A DNA stretch of 61,426 nt, counting the filler. It is 7 parts of 7 records of this genome, joined end to end, with 100 filler letters (N's around TTAATTAATTAA, not from the genome) between each part and the next. Parts side by side here need not be neighbours in the genome. Positions count along the whole stretch, not along the records: positions 14,999 to 26,656 come from SRR31147125_33718; positions 26,757 to 32,307 come from SRR31147125_33721; positions 32,408 to 39,426 come from SRR31147125_33750; 4 more parts are not named here. One strand, given 5' to 3'. The notes beneath the pieces were generated by a model that saw only the letters and a list, made by a program, of their open reading frames with translations, was not told the origin of the DNA and ran no database searches. The translations under genes were made by a program, and so were the position numbers. Below, piece by piece: positions 24,563 to 33,595 of this stretch (the stretch's first letter is position 1; each line of letters opens with the position of its first letter).

Positions 24563-26454
24563 GATTTTGTTCTCATCGCTTCCAAAGCTGCTTTTATATT
24601 GATTTCAGCTTGTTCAATAGTCGGATCAATTTTAATTACTTTTTCCCAGCTGGCAATGGCCTTGTCAAAATTATTCTGGTAATAATAGGCAAGGCCTAAA
24701 TTCATTAATCCATTTATATTGTATGGATCCAACCTCACAGCATTTTCCAGAAAACGAAGAGCTTGCCGATATTTTTGTTGCATCAATAACAGGGCACCTA
24801 AATTGCGTTGAGCACCGGCGTCCGTAGGATCGAGAGATGCGGCTATTGAAAATTCTTTAAAGGCATTTTCATGTTCTTTTAGTTTAAGATAAGAAACACC
24901 CAGATTATAGTGGGCATGCTGCAAATCCGGATCTTCTGCTATAGCCCGTTGTCCCCAGTAAACAGCTGCCTTTGGATTTTCTTCTAAAAGATGTGCTAAT
25001 GACAAATTGTAAAAATCATTAGCAAAATTTGAATTTTTGATAGTTGTATAGGTATAACCGATCTGTACAGTGAATAGTATAAAAACCACTGAACCCCAAA
25101 GCCACCTGGATTTACCGGGTGTTTTAACCAATTCATACAGTTTTACCAAACCCGCAGCTGACATGATGATTATAAATGGTACAAGGGGTAGGCGATATCT
25201 GTCTGCCATAAAAAAGACCATAATGCTCAAACAACCCAGCCCGAGGATGGCATACAAAATCCAATAGGTTCGCCATTCACGACAATAGAAAAAAAGAGCA
25301 AACAGGGCCAAAGGCATAAAGATAATCAAATTAAAAAGCGGGAATCGTAATAAAAAAGAAAAACGCTGATGAAAAGCATAATCAAAATTTAGTGGCGTTT
25401 CATAGCTGGACCAAAATAGAATAAATTTTTTCATCACCAGGCCCGACCAGGAAAAAGGATGATGAAGGATATACTGAAAGGACTTGTTGTACCAGAATTG
25501 AGAAACCTGTGATGGGCTTAACTCTTTTCCAGTTTCTTTTTCAGCATACCGTTTTGATTCTTCCAGGTTTATTGCGCTCACATCCGGATTTATTCCTTCA
25601 GGCGCCTTCCATACGCCGGTTGCAATTTCATGATTGCCAATATAGAAATTGATACCTCCATGAGTTGTCAAGGGTATTGGTGTTTTTTCCGCCATATAAT
25701 TGTGGACACTTGTCAAAGCAATGGGTAGGGATAGACCTGTCAAGGCAATCAGAGGGAGGATATAAGATTTTAAATTATAATCATTTTTAGTGACATAAAA
25801 GTATACAAGAGGGACTGGCATAAGAAATATGAGATTTGGACGTCCTGTTACAGCCAGGGATAATAGTAATCCGGATAAGAAAGCAGTTAAATAAACAACA
25901 TATTCTTTCTTTGGGACAATCAAACAAAAAATAGATCCTGCGAGAAGAAAGGTCACAAGTGACGTACCGAGCAGGTTTCCTTCAAAAAATATAAAAGGGG
26001 CATATACAGCTGCACTAATACCTGCAATTGCGCCTGTTTTTTTATTGAAAAATCGTGTACCCAGGCTATATGTGAACAGGGCAGTACCAACACCCAGGAT
26101 GAACTGTAAAAGACGGACAATGTTAAATGAATCGCCGAAAATTTTGTAGATGAGCGCTAAAAAATAGACATAAAGAGGAGATATATAGAATGCGTGTTTG
26201 CCAATAATGCCGTTATTGGCAACATCCTGAGCTAACTGATTGAATAATGCGGAATCATGTATGTAAAGAGAATATACAGGACTGGATAATTTAAGATGAA
26301 AAAAGTAGACTAGACGAAAAATTACAGCAATCAAAGCAATAAGCAAAATCAGGAATTTATTATCGAATGTAACATGTGGTAAAATATTTTTTATAGAGGT
26401 TGTCTTTATTTCATCTTGATTGCTTTTCCTCTTGCTCATCCTTTGTTTTTTCAT
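24559..26454 (-). CDS. GT-C fold (ArnT/PMT-like) membrane glycosyltransferase with C-terminal TPR repeats
   Basis: Multi-TM N-terminus with SPLYVYFLA, RPN, GGINFYIGN and RYRLP motifs; TPRs such as AHYNLG and AQRNLG. Confidence 0.8.
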   Translation of the reverse strand: MKKQRMSKRKSNQDEIKTTSIKNILPHVTFDNKFLILLIALIAVIFRLVYFFHLKLSSPVYSLYIHDSALFNQLAQDVANNGIIGKHAFYISPLYVYFLALIYKIFGDSFNIVRLLQFILGVGTALFTYSLGTRFFNKKTGAIAGISAAVYAPFIFFEGNLLGTSLVTFLLAGSIFCLIVPKKEYVVYLTAFLSGLLLSLAVTGRPNLIFLMPVPLVYFYVTKNDYNLKSYILPLIALTGLSLPIALTSVHNYMAEKTPIPLTTHGGINFYIGNHEIATGVWKAPEGINPDVSAINLEESKRYAEKETGKELSPSQVSQFWYNKSFQYILHHPFSWSGLVMKKFILFWSSYETPLNFDYAFHQRFSFLLRFPLFNLIIFMPLALFALFFYCREWRTYWILYAILGLGCLSIMVFFMADRYRLPLVPFIIIMSAAGLVKLYELVKTPGKSRWLWGSVVFILFTVQIGYTYTTIKNSNFANDFYNLSLAHLLEENPKAAVYWGQRAIAEDPDLQHAHYNLGVSYLKLKEHENAFKEFSIAASLDPTDAGAQRNLGALLLMQQKYRQALRFLENAVRLDPYNINGLMNLGLAYYYQNNFDKAIASWEKVIKIDPTIEQAEINIKAALEAMRTKS

Positions 26455-26623
26455 TGCGATTCCTGTTTCTCACCTATCCCTGGTTATTGACAATATCATT
26501 TAACTAATTGTTATTTTGTGTGTGTGTTGCTGATGGAGACTTTTGCCATTTAGGGCATGGTACCTCACATCATGCATTTAATCTATACTAATAAAAATAA
26601 CAATTTTTGGCAAAACCCCAAAT

Positions 26624-26652
26624 AAAAAAAGGGGTGGCTAAAAGCCACCCCT
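26624..26652 (-). terminator. Intrinsic terminator of an upstream minus-strand gene beyond the contig edge
   Basis: AGGGGTGGCT-AAA-AGCCACCCCT with an A run on the left (U tract on the minus strand). Confidence 0.8.
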
Positions 26653-26656
26653 GAAA

Positions 26657-26756
26657 NNNNNNNNNNNNNNNNNNNNNNNNNNNNNNNNNNNNNNNNNNNN
26701 TTAATTAATTAANNNNNNNNNNNNNNNNNNNNNNNNNNNNNNNNNNNNNNNNNNNN
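26657..26756. other. Artificial contig linker
   Basis: N44-TTAATTAATTAA-N44. Confidence 0.98.
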
Positions 26757-26776
26757 ACCAATGAGCGTGAGGTTTT

Positions 26777-27733
26777 TCATACAAAAGCGCAAATGCAGAC
26801 AGCGATCAGCACGGCAACGAAGGATGAAAATAACATCAGCTCACATGACATTTTGATCTTTTCCGGCCCCGGCGCTTGAAATCGACTGCCAAGGTAAGGT
26901 TTTTCCACCAAAGTACCGTGATAATAGTTGGGACCGCCTAAACTGACACCAAGGGCACCTGCAAAAGCCGCCTCAGGAAAACCGGCATTGGGGCTTTTGT
27001 GACATCGCCCCTCTTTCACGGCGTTCTTCCATGCCCTGATGCCCCGTTTTCCGGATAAAATAAAAGCCGCCATGGAGATGATCAAAACGGAGAGGCGTGC
27101 CGGAATAAAATTGGCGACATCATCGATCCGGGCTGAAGCACGACCAAAAAGAATATATTTTTCGTTTCGATACCCCACCATGGAGTCCAGCGTGTTGACC
27201 ATTTTATACGCGACAGCCATGGGAATCCCGCCGATCAGAGCAAAAAAGAGAGGGGCTAAAAAACCATCCACAAAATTTTCAGCCACCGTCTCCACCGTTG
27301 CACGAACAACTCCGGTTTCATCCAGATATTTCACTTCTCGTCCCACAATCATGGAGACGTTATCTCTTCCAGCATCGAGTCCCTCTTTTTCAAGGGCGGT
27401 TCCCACCTCGACAGCGGCTTTCTCAAGGGTTCTGGCCGAGAGGCAATAAAAGAGCAGAATCACTTGAACGGTCACTCCGGCAACAGGGTGCAGAGACATA
27501 AACAGACAACCCACACCGGAAGCAATGCCCCACGTGCCTAGGATCAAAAAAACGGCAAAAAAGAGGCCGGAAAGAAACGGAGCAGCTATCCATCGCCTAA
27601 ATCTCTTTTCAAAAAAACTGATGGCATTCCCCATCCACACTACGGGATGAGGCAGCCACAATGGATCTCCCAACAGAAGATCCAAAATAAAAGCGGCAAA
27701 AACAATGCCGCAAAGTGCAATCGAACTCTCCAT
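26777..27733 (-). CDS. cbiB: Adenosylcobinamide-phosphate synthase CbiB
   Basis: GDP..LPHPV, ETVAENFVDG, NTLDSMVGY and SPNAG. Confidence 0.95.
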   Translation of the reverse strand: MESSIALCGIVFAAFILDLLLGDPLWLPHPVVWMGNAISFFEKRFRRWIAAPFLSGLFFAVFLILGTWGIASGVGCLFMSLHPVAGVTVQVILLFYCLSARTLEKAAVEVGTALEKEGLDAGRDNVSMIVGREVKYLDETGVVRATVETVAENFVDGFLAPLFFALIGGIPMAVAYKMVNTLDSMVGYRNEKYILFGRASARIDDVANFIPARLSVLIISMAAFILSGKRGIRAWKNAVKEGRCHKSPNAGFPEAAFAGALGVSLGGPNYYHGTLVEKPYLGSRFQAPGPEKIKMSCELMLFSSFVAVLIAVCICAFV

Positions 27734-27762
27734 ACAGTCCTCTTTTTCGGAATATCCAAAAA

Positions 27763-28869
27763 TTACTGAAGCATGTTTTTCAAAATTTCCGACAGCTTGA
27801 AATTAATCTTTCCGTCACGCAGAGAAAAGCGAACAAATTGATCCGACAGCCCGTGAAAATTGCTGCAATCCCGAATAAGGATGCGATGCTTCCCCACTTC
27901 ACGGCAGACATCACTGGATTTTAAATGAGCCGGCAGCTTTGCAAGGACAAAATAGGTCTCTGCAGGATAAAGCGTCAATCCCGATGGGGTGTTTCCATCT
28001 CCATCCGCTTTAAAGCAATCGTAAAATGCCTGTTTTTCCTGTTGAACGAACTCTCTGGTATTTTCAAGGAATGGAACAATGCTGCCGTGATTCTCCAGAA
28101 TGTGAACAATGGCAGCTTGTGCCAATGCATTAACCGACCATGGTTGATAATAGACCATCACTTTATCCACCACTGCCGGATCCGCCGTCAGATATCCGGT
28201 CCTCAACCCCGGGATTCTGTAAATTTTGGACATGGATGAGAGCACAATCAGATTGGGAAATCCGGTTTCACCGACAAGGCTTATCGTTTCCGCATCCCTT
28301 ACAAATGGCAGATATGACTCATCAATCACAAAGAATACCTCTTTATGCTTATTCAATAGTTGAATCAACTGATGCACCGGAACCAATGCACCGGTGGGAT
28401 TGTTGGGGTTACAGATCATCACGGTGTCGACAGAAGCGTCTTCCGAGATTTTTCGACTGATTGCTTCCATATCCGGCTGAAAACCATTTTCCTCCGTCGC
28501 CATCAGGAACTCGAAGGGGACCTGATGCATGATGCAGCCGTCACGATAGTCCGCATAGGTCGGCCCGGCAATCAACACCTTTTGAGAATCCAGAGCGACG
28601 GGCAAGGTATAGATAAACCAGGTGGTACCGTTGCCGGCAACGATACGATCGGTTGGGATATTGTAAAACCGGCTGAATGCCGCCACCATATCTCCGGCAT
28701 CGGGCTGTGGAAGGGATCTTATTTCAGCAATGTTTTCCGAAATGAATGTTTCCAGCCCTTCGGGTGGTCCCAGAGGATTAATATTGCTGCTCATATCTAT
28801 AATTTCATCAATGGAGCAGTGATTGCGCTCCGCAAGCGCTTGTACATTGCCCCCATGGCCAATAATCAT
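27763..28869 (-). CDS. cobD: Threonine-phosphate decarboxylase CobD
   Basis: HGGN, DMSSNINPLG, CNPNNPTG, SMSK..IPGLR and IRDCSNF; cob context. Confidence 0.9.
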   Translation of the reverse strand: MIIGHGGNVQALAERNHCSIDEIIDMSSNINPLGPPEGLETFISENIAEIRSLPQPDAGDMVAAFSRFYNIPTDRIVAGNGTTWFIYTLPVALDSQKVLIAGPTYADYRDGCIMHQVPFEFLMATEENGFQPDMEAISRKISEDASVDTVMICNPNNPTGALVPVHQLIQLLNKHKEVFFVIDESYLPFVRDAETISLVGETGFPNLIVLSSMSKIYRIPGLRTGYLTADPAVVDKVMVYYQPWSVNALAQAAIVHILENHGSIVPFLENTREFVQQEKQAFYDCFKADGDGNTPSGLTLYPAETYFVLAKLPAHLKSSDVCREVGKHRILIRDCSNFHGLSDQFVRFSLRDGKINFKLSEILKNMLQ

Positions 28870-28905
28870 TATTTCGAACCTTCATTTTGATTAGCTATCT
28901 ATTTT

Positions 28906-29661
28906 TCATGGCATAAGTGAGATACCTGCTCCTAAAAAGAGCATGGATTCCATGACCTCGGTCATCGCCCCCAGCATATCTCCGGTGATGCATCCCATCT
29001 TCTTTTTGTAAAAACGCATAATGAGAAACAAGGTCAGAGCGAACATCCCATTTAAAAGCAGTGCCCGATAGCCGAGGGTCCAGGAAAGAAAAAAAGGAAT
29101 AAGACCCCAGAAAAAGTTCGACATGGGAAGAGGTTTTTCAAAAAGATCATGGCCTGTGCCTGCCCCTCTGCCATATTTGAAATAGCGGATACCGACAAGC
29201 ATACTTGCCCGGGAATACGCCGGAACGATCAACAGCAACAACGCCGTTTGAAACGGCGAACAAACCGTTTTGAGTGAATAGATACCGGCGATCTTTACGG
29301 CAAGGCCGCAGAACACCGCCACCAACCCCATCATACCGGTTCGACTGTCCTTCATGATCTCCAAGGCCCTCTCTTTGGAGCGATGACTGAAAAGCCCGTC
29401 AGCCGCATCCCCCAAGCCGTCCAGATGAAATGCGCCGGTGAGGGCCACCAGAAGCAGCACATCCAAGAGCGCCACCACGGGCGGAGTCCAAGCCATTGAC
29501 GCCAAAAGATCAAAAGAGAGCAATATGCTCCCCAAAATCAGACCGACCACGGGAAAAAATCGAATCATTCCGGTTGCGGAAAATTCATTCCCCTTACCTG
29601 CCGGAAGAATGGTAATGAACATAATGGCGGATCTCAAATCGACCCAGGAATTCTTTTTCAT
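28906..29661 (-). CDS. cobS: Adenosylcobinamide-GDP ribazoletransferase CobS
   Basis: TGAFHLDGLGDAADG, IMKDSR and GCITGDMLGA. Confidence 0.95.
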   Translation of the reverse strand: MKKNSWVDLRSAIMFITILPAGKGNEFSATGMIRFFPVVGLILGSILLSFDLLASMAWTPPVVALLDVLLLVALTGAFHLDGLGDAADGLFSHRSKERALEIMKDSRTGMMGLVAVFCGLAVKIAGIYSLKTVCSPFQTALLLLIVPAYSRASMLVGIRYFKYGRGAGTGHDLFEKPLPMSNFFWGLIPFFLSWTLGYRALLLNGMFALTLFLIMRFYKKKMGCITGDMLGAMTEVMESMLFLGAGISLMP

Positions 29662-29782
29662 TTTTTCCTTATACCTATTAGAAAATCCCCATAAAATCCT
29701 GTAATAAAAGAACTTTCATGCTTTGTTGTGTCGGGTTCCCTGACATGACCGTTTATTTAAATTACAATTCCAATCAATCGCT

Positions 29783-30814
29783 TCAGGACTTCACACTATG
29801 ATAAAAGAGCCCGCGATCCTGCCGGACGGATGTAATCTCTCCCTTCTCTTCCAAATCGGAGATATACTTATTGATCTCGTTGACGTGGGATCCCAACACC
29901 GCAACCAGATCCTGCACCGTACATGGTCTTCTGTGAATGGTTTCAAGAATTGCCGACGCCATATCCTCTCGATAGGACTTGATCGATTTACGATCCTTCA
30001 CCGCCGCAATGATTTCCACGTTGTCCGGCCCTAAAAAATTTCGGATTCCTTCAAGCTGCTCTTTGGATGCCGCATGGAGATGAGAGACGGCACCGGGTCT
30101 GTCCAACGTGTTGAGCTGGATAACATCCGGCTTGATGCGTTGACACACCCCTTGCAATGCGTCCAGATTTTCGGATGAATCGTTTATACCCGCTAAAATC
30201 AATATCTCAAGGGCGATTTTACCCCTTCTATTTTGATCTTCCTGTATGATCTCGTCATCTTTAAGGGCTTTCTTTGATGTGTCGGCTTCATTCCTCCCTG
30301 ACTTTTTCCGAAACCGGCGATATTCATGGGAGAAATCCACAAGTCCCTGGATATAGGTTTCCATGGTAAGGGCATCATGGGGCCGGTTAACGGTTTTAAA
30401 AGTATCTGTCAACGCCGCATCCAGGGAGGGCATGACCAAGTCCGCCTTATAGAGCGCCTGACGAACCCCGGGTTGACTCAGCAATGTCCCATTGGTCAGC
30501 ACAGCTACGGAAATCCCCGGCTTCTTCTGTTTTATAAAATCGATCACCTCACCGATATGACGGTTCAGGGTCGGCTCACCGGATCCCGAAAAGGTGATAA
30601 AATCCGGATCCGGATGCGTTGTAAAATAATGGGTCAGCTCTTCCAGAACATCTTCAAGAGGAACGTAGTCCTTTCTTTCAATGGTCAGGTCCGTCGTCTC
30701 ACCGCATTCGCAATAGAGACAATCCAATGAGCAGATTTTATGGGTCACCAGATCCACTCCAAGAGAAATACCAAGGCGTCTGGAGGGTACCGGACCAAAA
30801 AGATATCGATACAT
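29783..30814 (-). CDS. Radical SAM protein of unknown function with C-terminal winged helix (COG0731-like)
   Basis: FGPVPSRRLG.SLG, CSLDCLYC and SGSGEPTL. Confidence 0.88.
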   Translation of the reverse strand: MYRYLFGPVPSRRLGISLGVDLVTHKICSLDCLYCECGETTDLTIERKDYVPLEDVLEELTHYFTTHPDPDFITFSGSGEPTLNRHIGEVIDFIKQKKPGISVAVLTNGTLLSQPGVRQALYKADLVMPSLDAALTDTFKTVNRPHDALTMETYIQGLVDFSHEYRRFRKKSGRNEADTSKKALKDDEIIQEDQNRRGKIALEILILAGINDSSENLDALQGVCQRIKPDVIQLNTLDRPGAVSHLHAASKEQLEGIRNFLGPDNVEIIAAVKDRKSIKSYREDMASAILETIHRRPCTVQDLVAVLGSHVNEINKYISDLEEKGEITSVRQDRGLFYHSVKS

Positions 30815-31040
30815 TGTGCTTCCTTTTCATCAGATTATTTTAGCGGGCATAACCTAACAATCCACTCCATCAAAATCAAGGGAAAAGCCCATCGCATGAC
30901 ATCGATGCCAAAAGGCAGAAATGAACATGGGTTTACAACCTTCCGTAATATTGATACATCCACTCCATGATAAGAACAAGGAAATTGAATAGGACTGCAA
31001 AAATGACGGTAGGCATGGGACGAAAAGCAGGTGCATTGAA

Positions 31041-31820
31041 ATGATTCAGAACAGACAGACCAAAATTATTGAAAAAATCCAAGCACTGGGGTTCGTGTCC
31101 ATCGAAGATCTAGCCAAGGAATTTAGTGTCACGCCCCAGACCATCCGAAGGGATATCAATCATCTGAGCAGTCAGGGACTGGTCAAACGGTTCCATGGTG
31201 GGGCAGGACTTGGGATCAGCGTGGAAAATATCGGATACTCGGCCCGGCAGGTGCTCTGTCTGGAAGAAAAAAAGGCCATTGCCGTTCAGATTGCCAAGCG
31301 GATTCCCAATAGGGCGTCACTGTTCATCAACATCGGAACGACAACGGAAGAGGTGGCAAAAGAGCTGGTAAAAAGAGACGGGTTGCGGGTCATCACCAAC
31401 AATCTCAATGTGGCGGTCATTTTAAGTCGAAACCCCAATATCGATATTTTTATGGCCGGTGGTCTGGTGAGAAATCGGGACTGCGGCATCACAGGACCTG
31501 CCACGCTGGATTTTATCCGTCAGTTCAGAGCCGACTTTTGCATTATCGGCATCAGCGGTATTGCAGAGAACGGGGATTTACTGGATTTCGATTACAGGGA
31601 AGTGAGGGTGTCCCAGGCCATCATCGACAATTCCGAACGGGTGCTTCTTGCAACGGATCACACCAAGTTCGGCAGAAGTGCCATGGTTCGCCTGGGACAT
31701 GTTTCAGATGTTCATGAACTTTTTACCGATCGTATGCCACCGGCAAAAATCAGCCGCGTTCTCAAAGAAAACGATGTTGAGCTGCATGTATCGTGCGGAT
31801 GCACTGACGCATCAATTTAG
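31041..31820 (+). CDS. glpR: DeoR/GlpR-family transcriptional repressor
   Basis: VTPQTIRRD HTH, INIGTTTE, VITNNL and DFDYREV. Confidence 0.88.
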   Translation: MIQNRQTKIIEKIQALGFVSIEDLAKEFSVTPQTIRRDINHLSSQGLVKRFHGGAGLGISVENIGYSARQVLCLEEKKAIAVQIAKRIPNRASLFINIGTTTEEVAKELVKRDGLRVITNNLNVAVILSRNPNIDIFMAGGLVRNRDCGITGPATLDFIRQFRADFCIIGISGIAENGDLLDFDYREVRVSQAIIDNSERVLLATDHTKFGRSAMVRLGHVSDVHELFTDRMPPAKISRVLKENDVELHVSCGCTDASI

Positions 31821-32307
31821 TGGGCCACCCCGTGATCGTGATGATGGTGATGCCCATGGTCATGTCCGCATCCGCACGCCTCAGTCACCTCTTTTCCTTG
31901 CACCCGATGCAGAAGTCTGACTGCCATTGGTTTGACAACAAGCCAGAGAAGTACAACTGCGGACAACACATAGAGGATGCCGTGCTCTTCATGGGCAGCC
32001 GACTGCACCCAACCGGCAATGTCGAGCCCCAGCCCCAAGTACACCCAGTTGACGACAACCCCAAGCAGCAAAGAGCACCCCATGATGGACCCCACGTAAA
32101 TGGCTGCAATCCGTTTTCCCAGAAGTTTGGAGACAACCGTAATGGTGGCCATGTTGGTGGCAGGTCCGGCCAGCAGGAAAACCAGTGCGGCACCCGGAGA
32201 GACCCCCTTGAAGGCCAGGGCTGCGGCAATGGGAGTGGACGCTGTGGCGCAAACATAAAGCGGGGTTGCCAACAATATCATGATGACCATGGAGAGCATG
32301 CCCCCCC
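31817..32307 (-). CDS. ArsP/SO_0444-like metal permease, C-terminal fragment with His-rich tail
   Basis: PLYVCATASTPIAA and GAALVFLLAGPATN; tail CGCGHDHGHHHHHDHG. Confidence 0.85.
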
Positions 32308-32407
32308 NNNNNNNNNNNNNNNNNNNNNNNNNNNNNNNNNNNNNNNNNNNNTTAATTAATTAANNNNNNNNNNNNNNNNNNNNNNNNNNNNNNNNNNNNN
32401 NNNNNNN
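32308..32407. other. Artificial contig linker
   Basis: N44-TTAATTAATTAA-N44. Confidence 0.98.
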
Positions 32408-32408
32408 C

Positions 32409-32846
32409 TGGATCAACACCCAGTGCAACCACCCCAACGAGATAACGGAAAAAACCGCCGAAGCGGTATTCGACCTGCTCACCTGCGGCGTCAATGTCGG
32501 AAATCAGGCGGTCCTGCTCAAAGGAATCAACGATGACGTTGAAACCTTCCGTGAGCTGCACCAGAAACTGCTCCGGGTACGAATTCGCCCATACTACGTT
32601 TTTTACTGTGAACCGGCACCGGGCATCGATCACTTCAGGACAACCGTGGAAAAAGGTGCGGAACTCATCCGCGACGCGATCCGCGGCCACACAACCGGGC
32701 TCGCCCAACCGATGTATGTGATCGCGACAAACATCGGCAAGATCCCGTTAATGCCGGACTACTATATCAAGGGGAAGGACGAGAAAGAGTACACCCTGAC
32801 GAATTACAAAGGCCAGACCACCAAGTGGCCGAACATGCCGGAATAA
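32409..32846 (+). CDS. KamA-family radical SAM aminomutase, C-terminal fragment
   Basis: Frame open from the contig start: WINTQCNHPNE, GNQAVLLKGINDD, RPYY, DHFRT and GKIPL. Confidence 0.9.
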   Translation, partial: WINTQCNHPNEITEKTAEAVFDLLTCGVNVGNQAVLLKGINDDVETFRELHQKLLRVRIRPYYVFYCEPAPGIDHFRTTVEKGAELIRDAIRGHTTGLAQPMYVIATNIGKIPLMPDYYIKGKDEKEYTLTNYKGQTTKWPNMPE

Positions 32847-33072
32847 AAACAAAACTGTTCCCATATTACGAGACCACCCTCTCCTGTCCGCGACCGGCAG
32901 CGGCGGCGGACAGGAGTACCTGATACTAATCAGAATTCCCCTATAACTCTTCCAAACTGGAAGCATCGGGCGCAAAAATATCGTCTTCGGCAAGAATCTC
33001 TAAATGACCATGGGTTCCTTATTTGAGATGCACCCCCCTCGCCTAACAAATCACTCCCTTACAATTTCATTT

Positions 33073-33096
33073 TTGCAGAACTTTCTACACACTACC
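33073..33096. mobile_element. Probable IS256-family terminal repeat
   Basis: TTGCAGAACTTTCTACACACTACC resembles the IS256 end at 33521-33544 and abuts the truncation point of the hdrB fragment. Confidence 0.55.
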
Positions 33097-33097
33097 G

Positions 33098-33316
33098 GCA
33101 GGTGCCGAATGCCTGGTCACAGCGTGCGCCATGTGTCATTTAAACCTGGAGGTTCGCTGTTCCCTCAAACATCAGATTCCCACATTCCATTTTTCTGAAC
33201 TCCTCTGCCTGGCCTTTGGAATAGATGACCACGAAAAATGGTTTAAACGCCATATTGTGGATCCACTTCCTCTATTGAGGCAGAAGAATTTGGCCGGGAG
33301 TGTCTCAGGCCATTAG
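33098..33316 (+). pseudogene. Heterodisulfide reductase subunit B (CCG domain) C-terminal remnant
   Basis: AGAECLVTACAMCHLNLE..IPTFHFSELLCLAFG..RHIVDPLPLL; no upstream HdrB coding sequence. Confidence 0.75.
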
Positions 33317-33327
33317 CCTTGTGGGGG

Positions 33328-33544
33328 AAGATTACATTAGTTATCCGTATCTTTCCGAACAAACAGCATTGTCTACCTTTGATACAGGCTCTCGCGGTAG
33401 AGACAGATGAGAACTGGATAGAAGCACATCGCCACTTAGACATGGATTTACTCAAAGAGCATAAAAAACATCAGTTAATGGAATTGGCGGAATGGTGATT
33501 ACATACGATGTGAAACCAAATTGCAGAACCTGACGCAGACAACT
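33328..33544 (+). mobile_element. IS256-family 3' remnant (transposase C-terminus plus terminal repeat)
   Basis: Startless frame VIRIFPNKQHCLPLIQALAVETDENWIEAHRHLDMDLL, stop at 33498, then TTGCAGAACCTGACGCAGACAACT. Confidence 0.8.
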
Positions 33545-33595
33545 CACAGGCTTTTCACTCTAACGCCTTAATCGACGGTTAGCCCCCTCTAAAGC

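Noticed and set aside
33243..33455. 70-aa minus-strand ORF
   Set aside because: Antisense shadow of the hdrB and IS256 remnants
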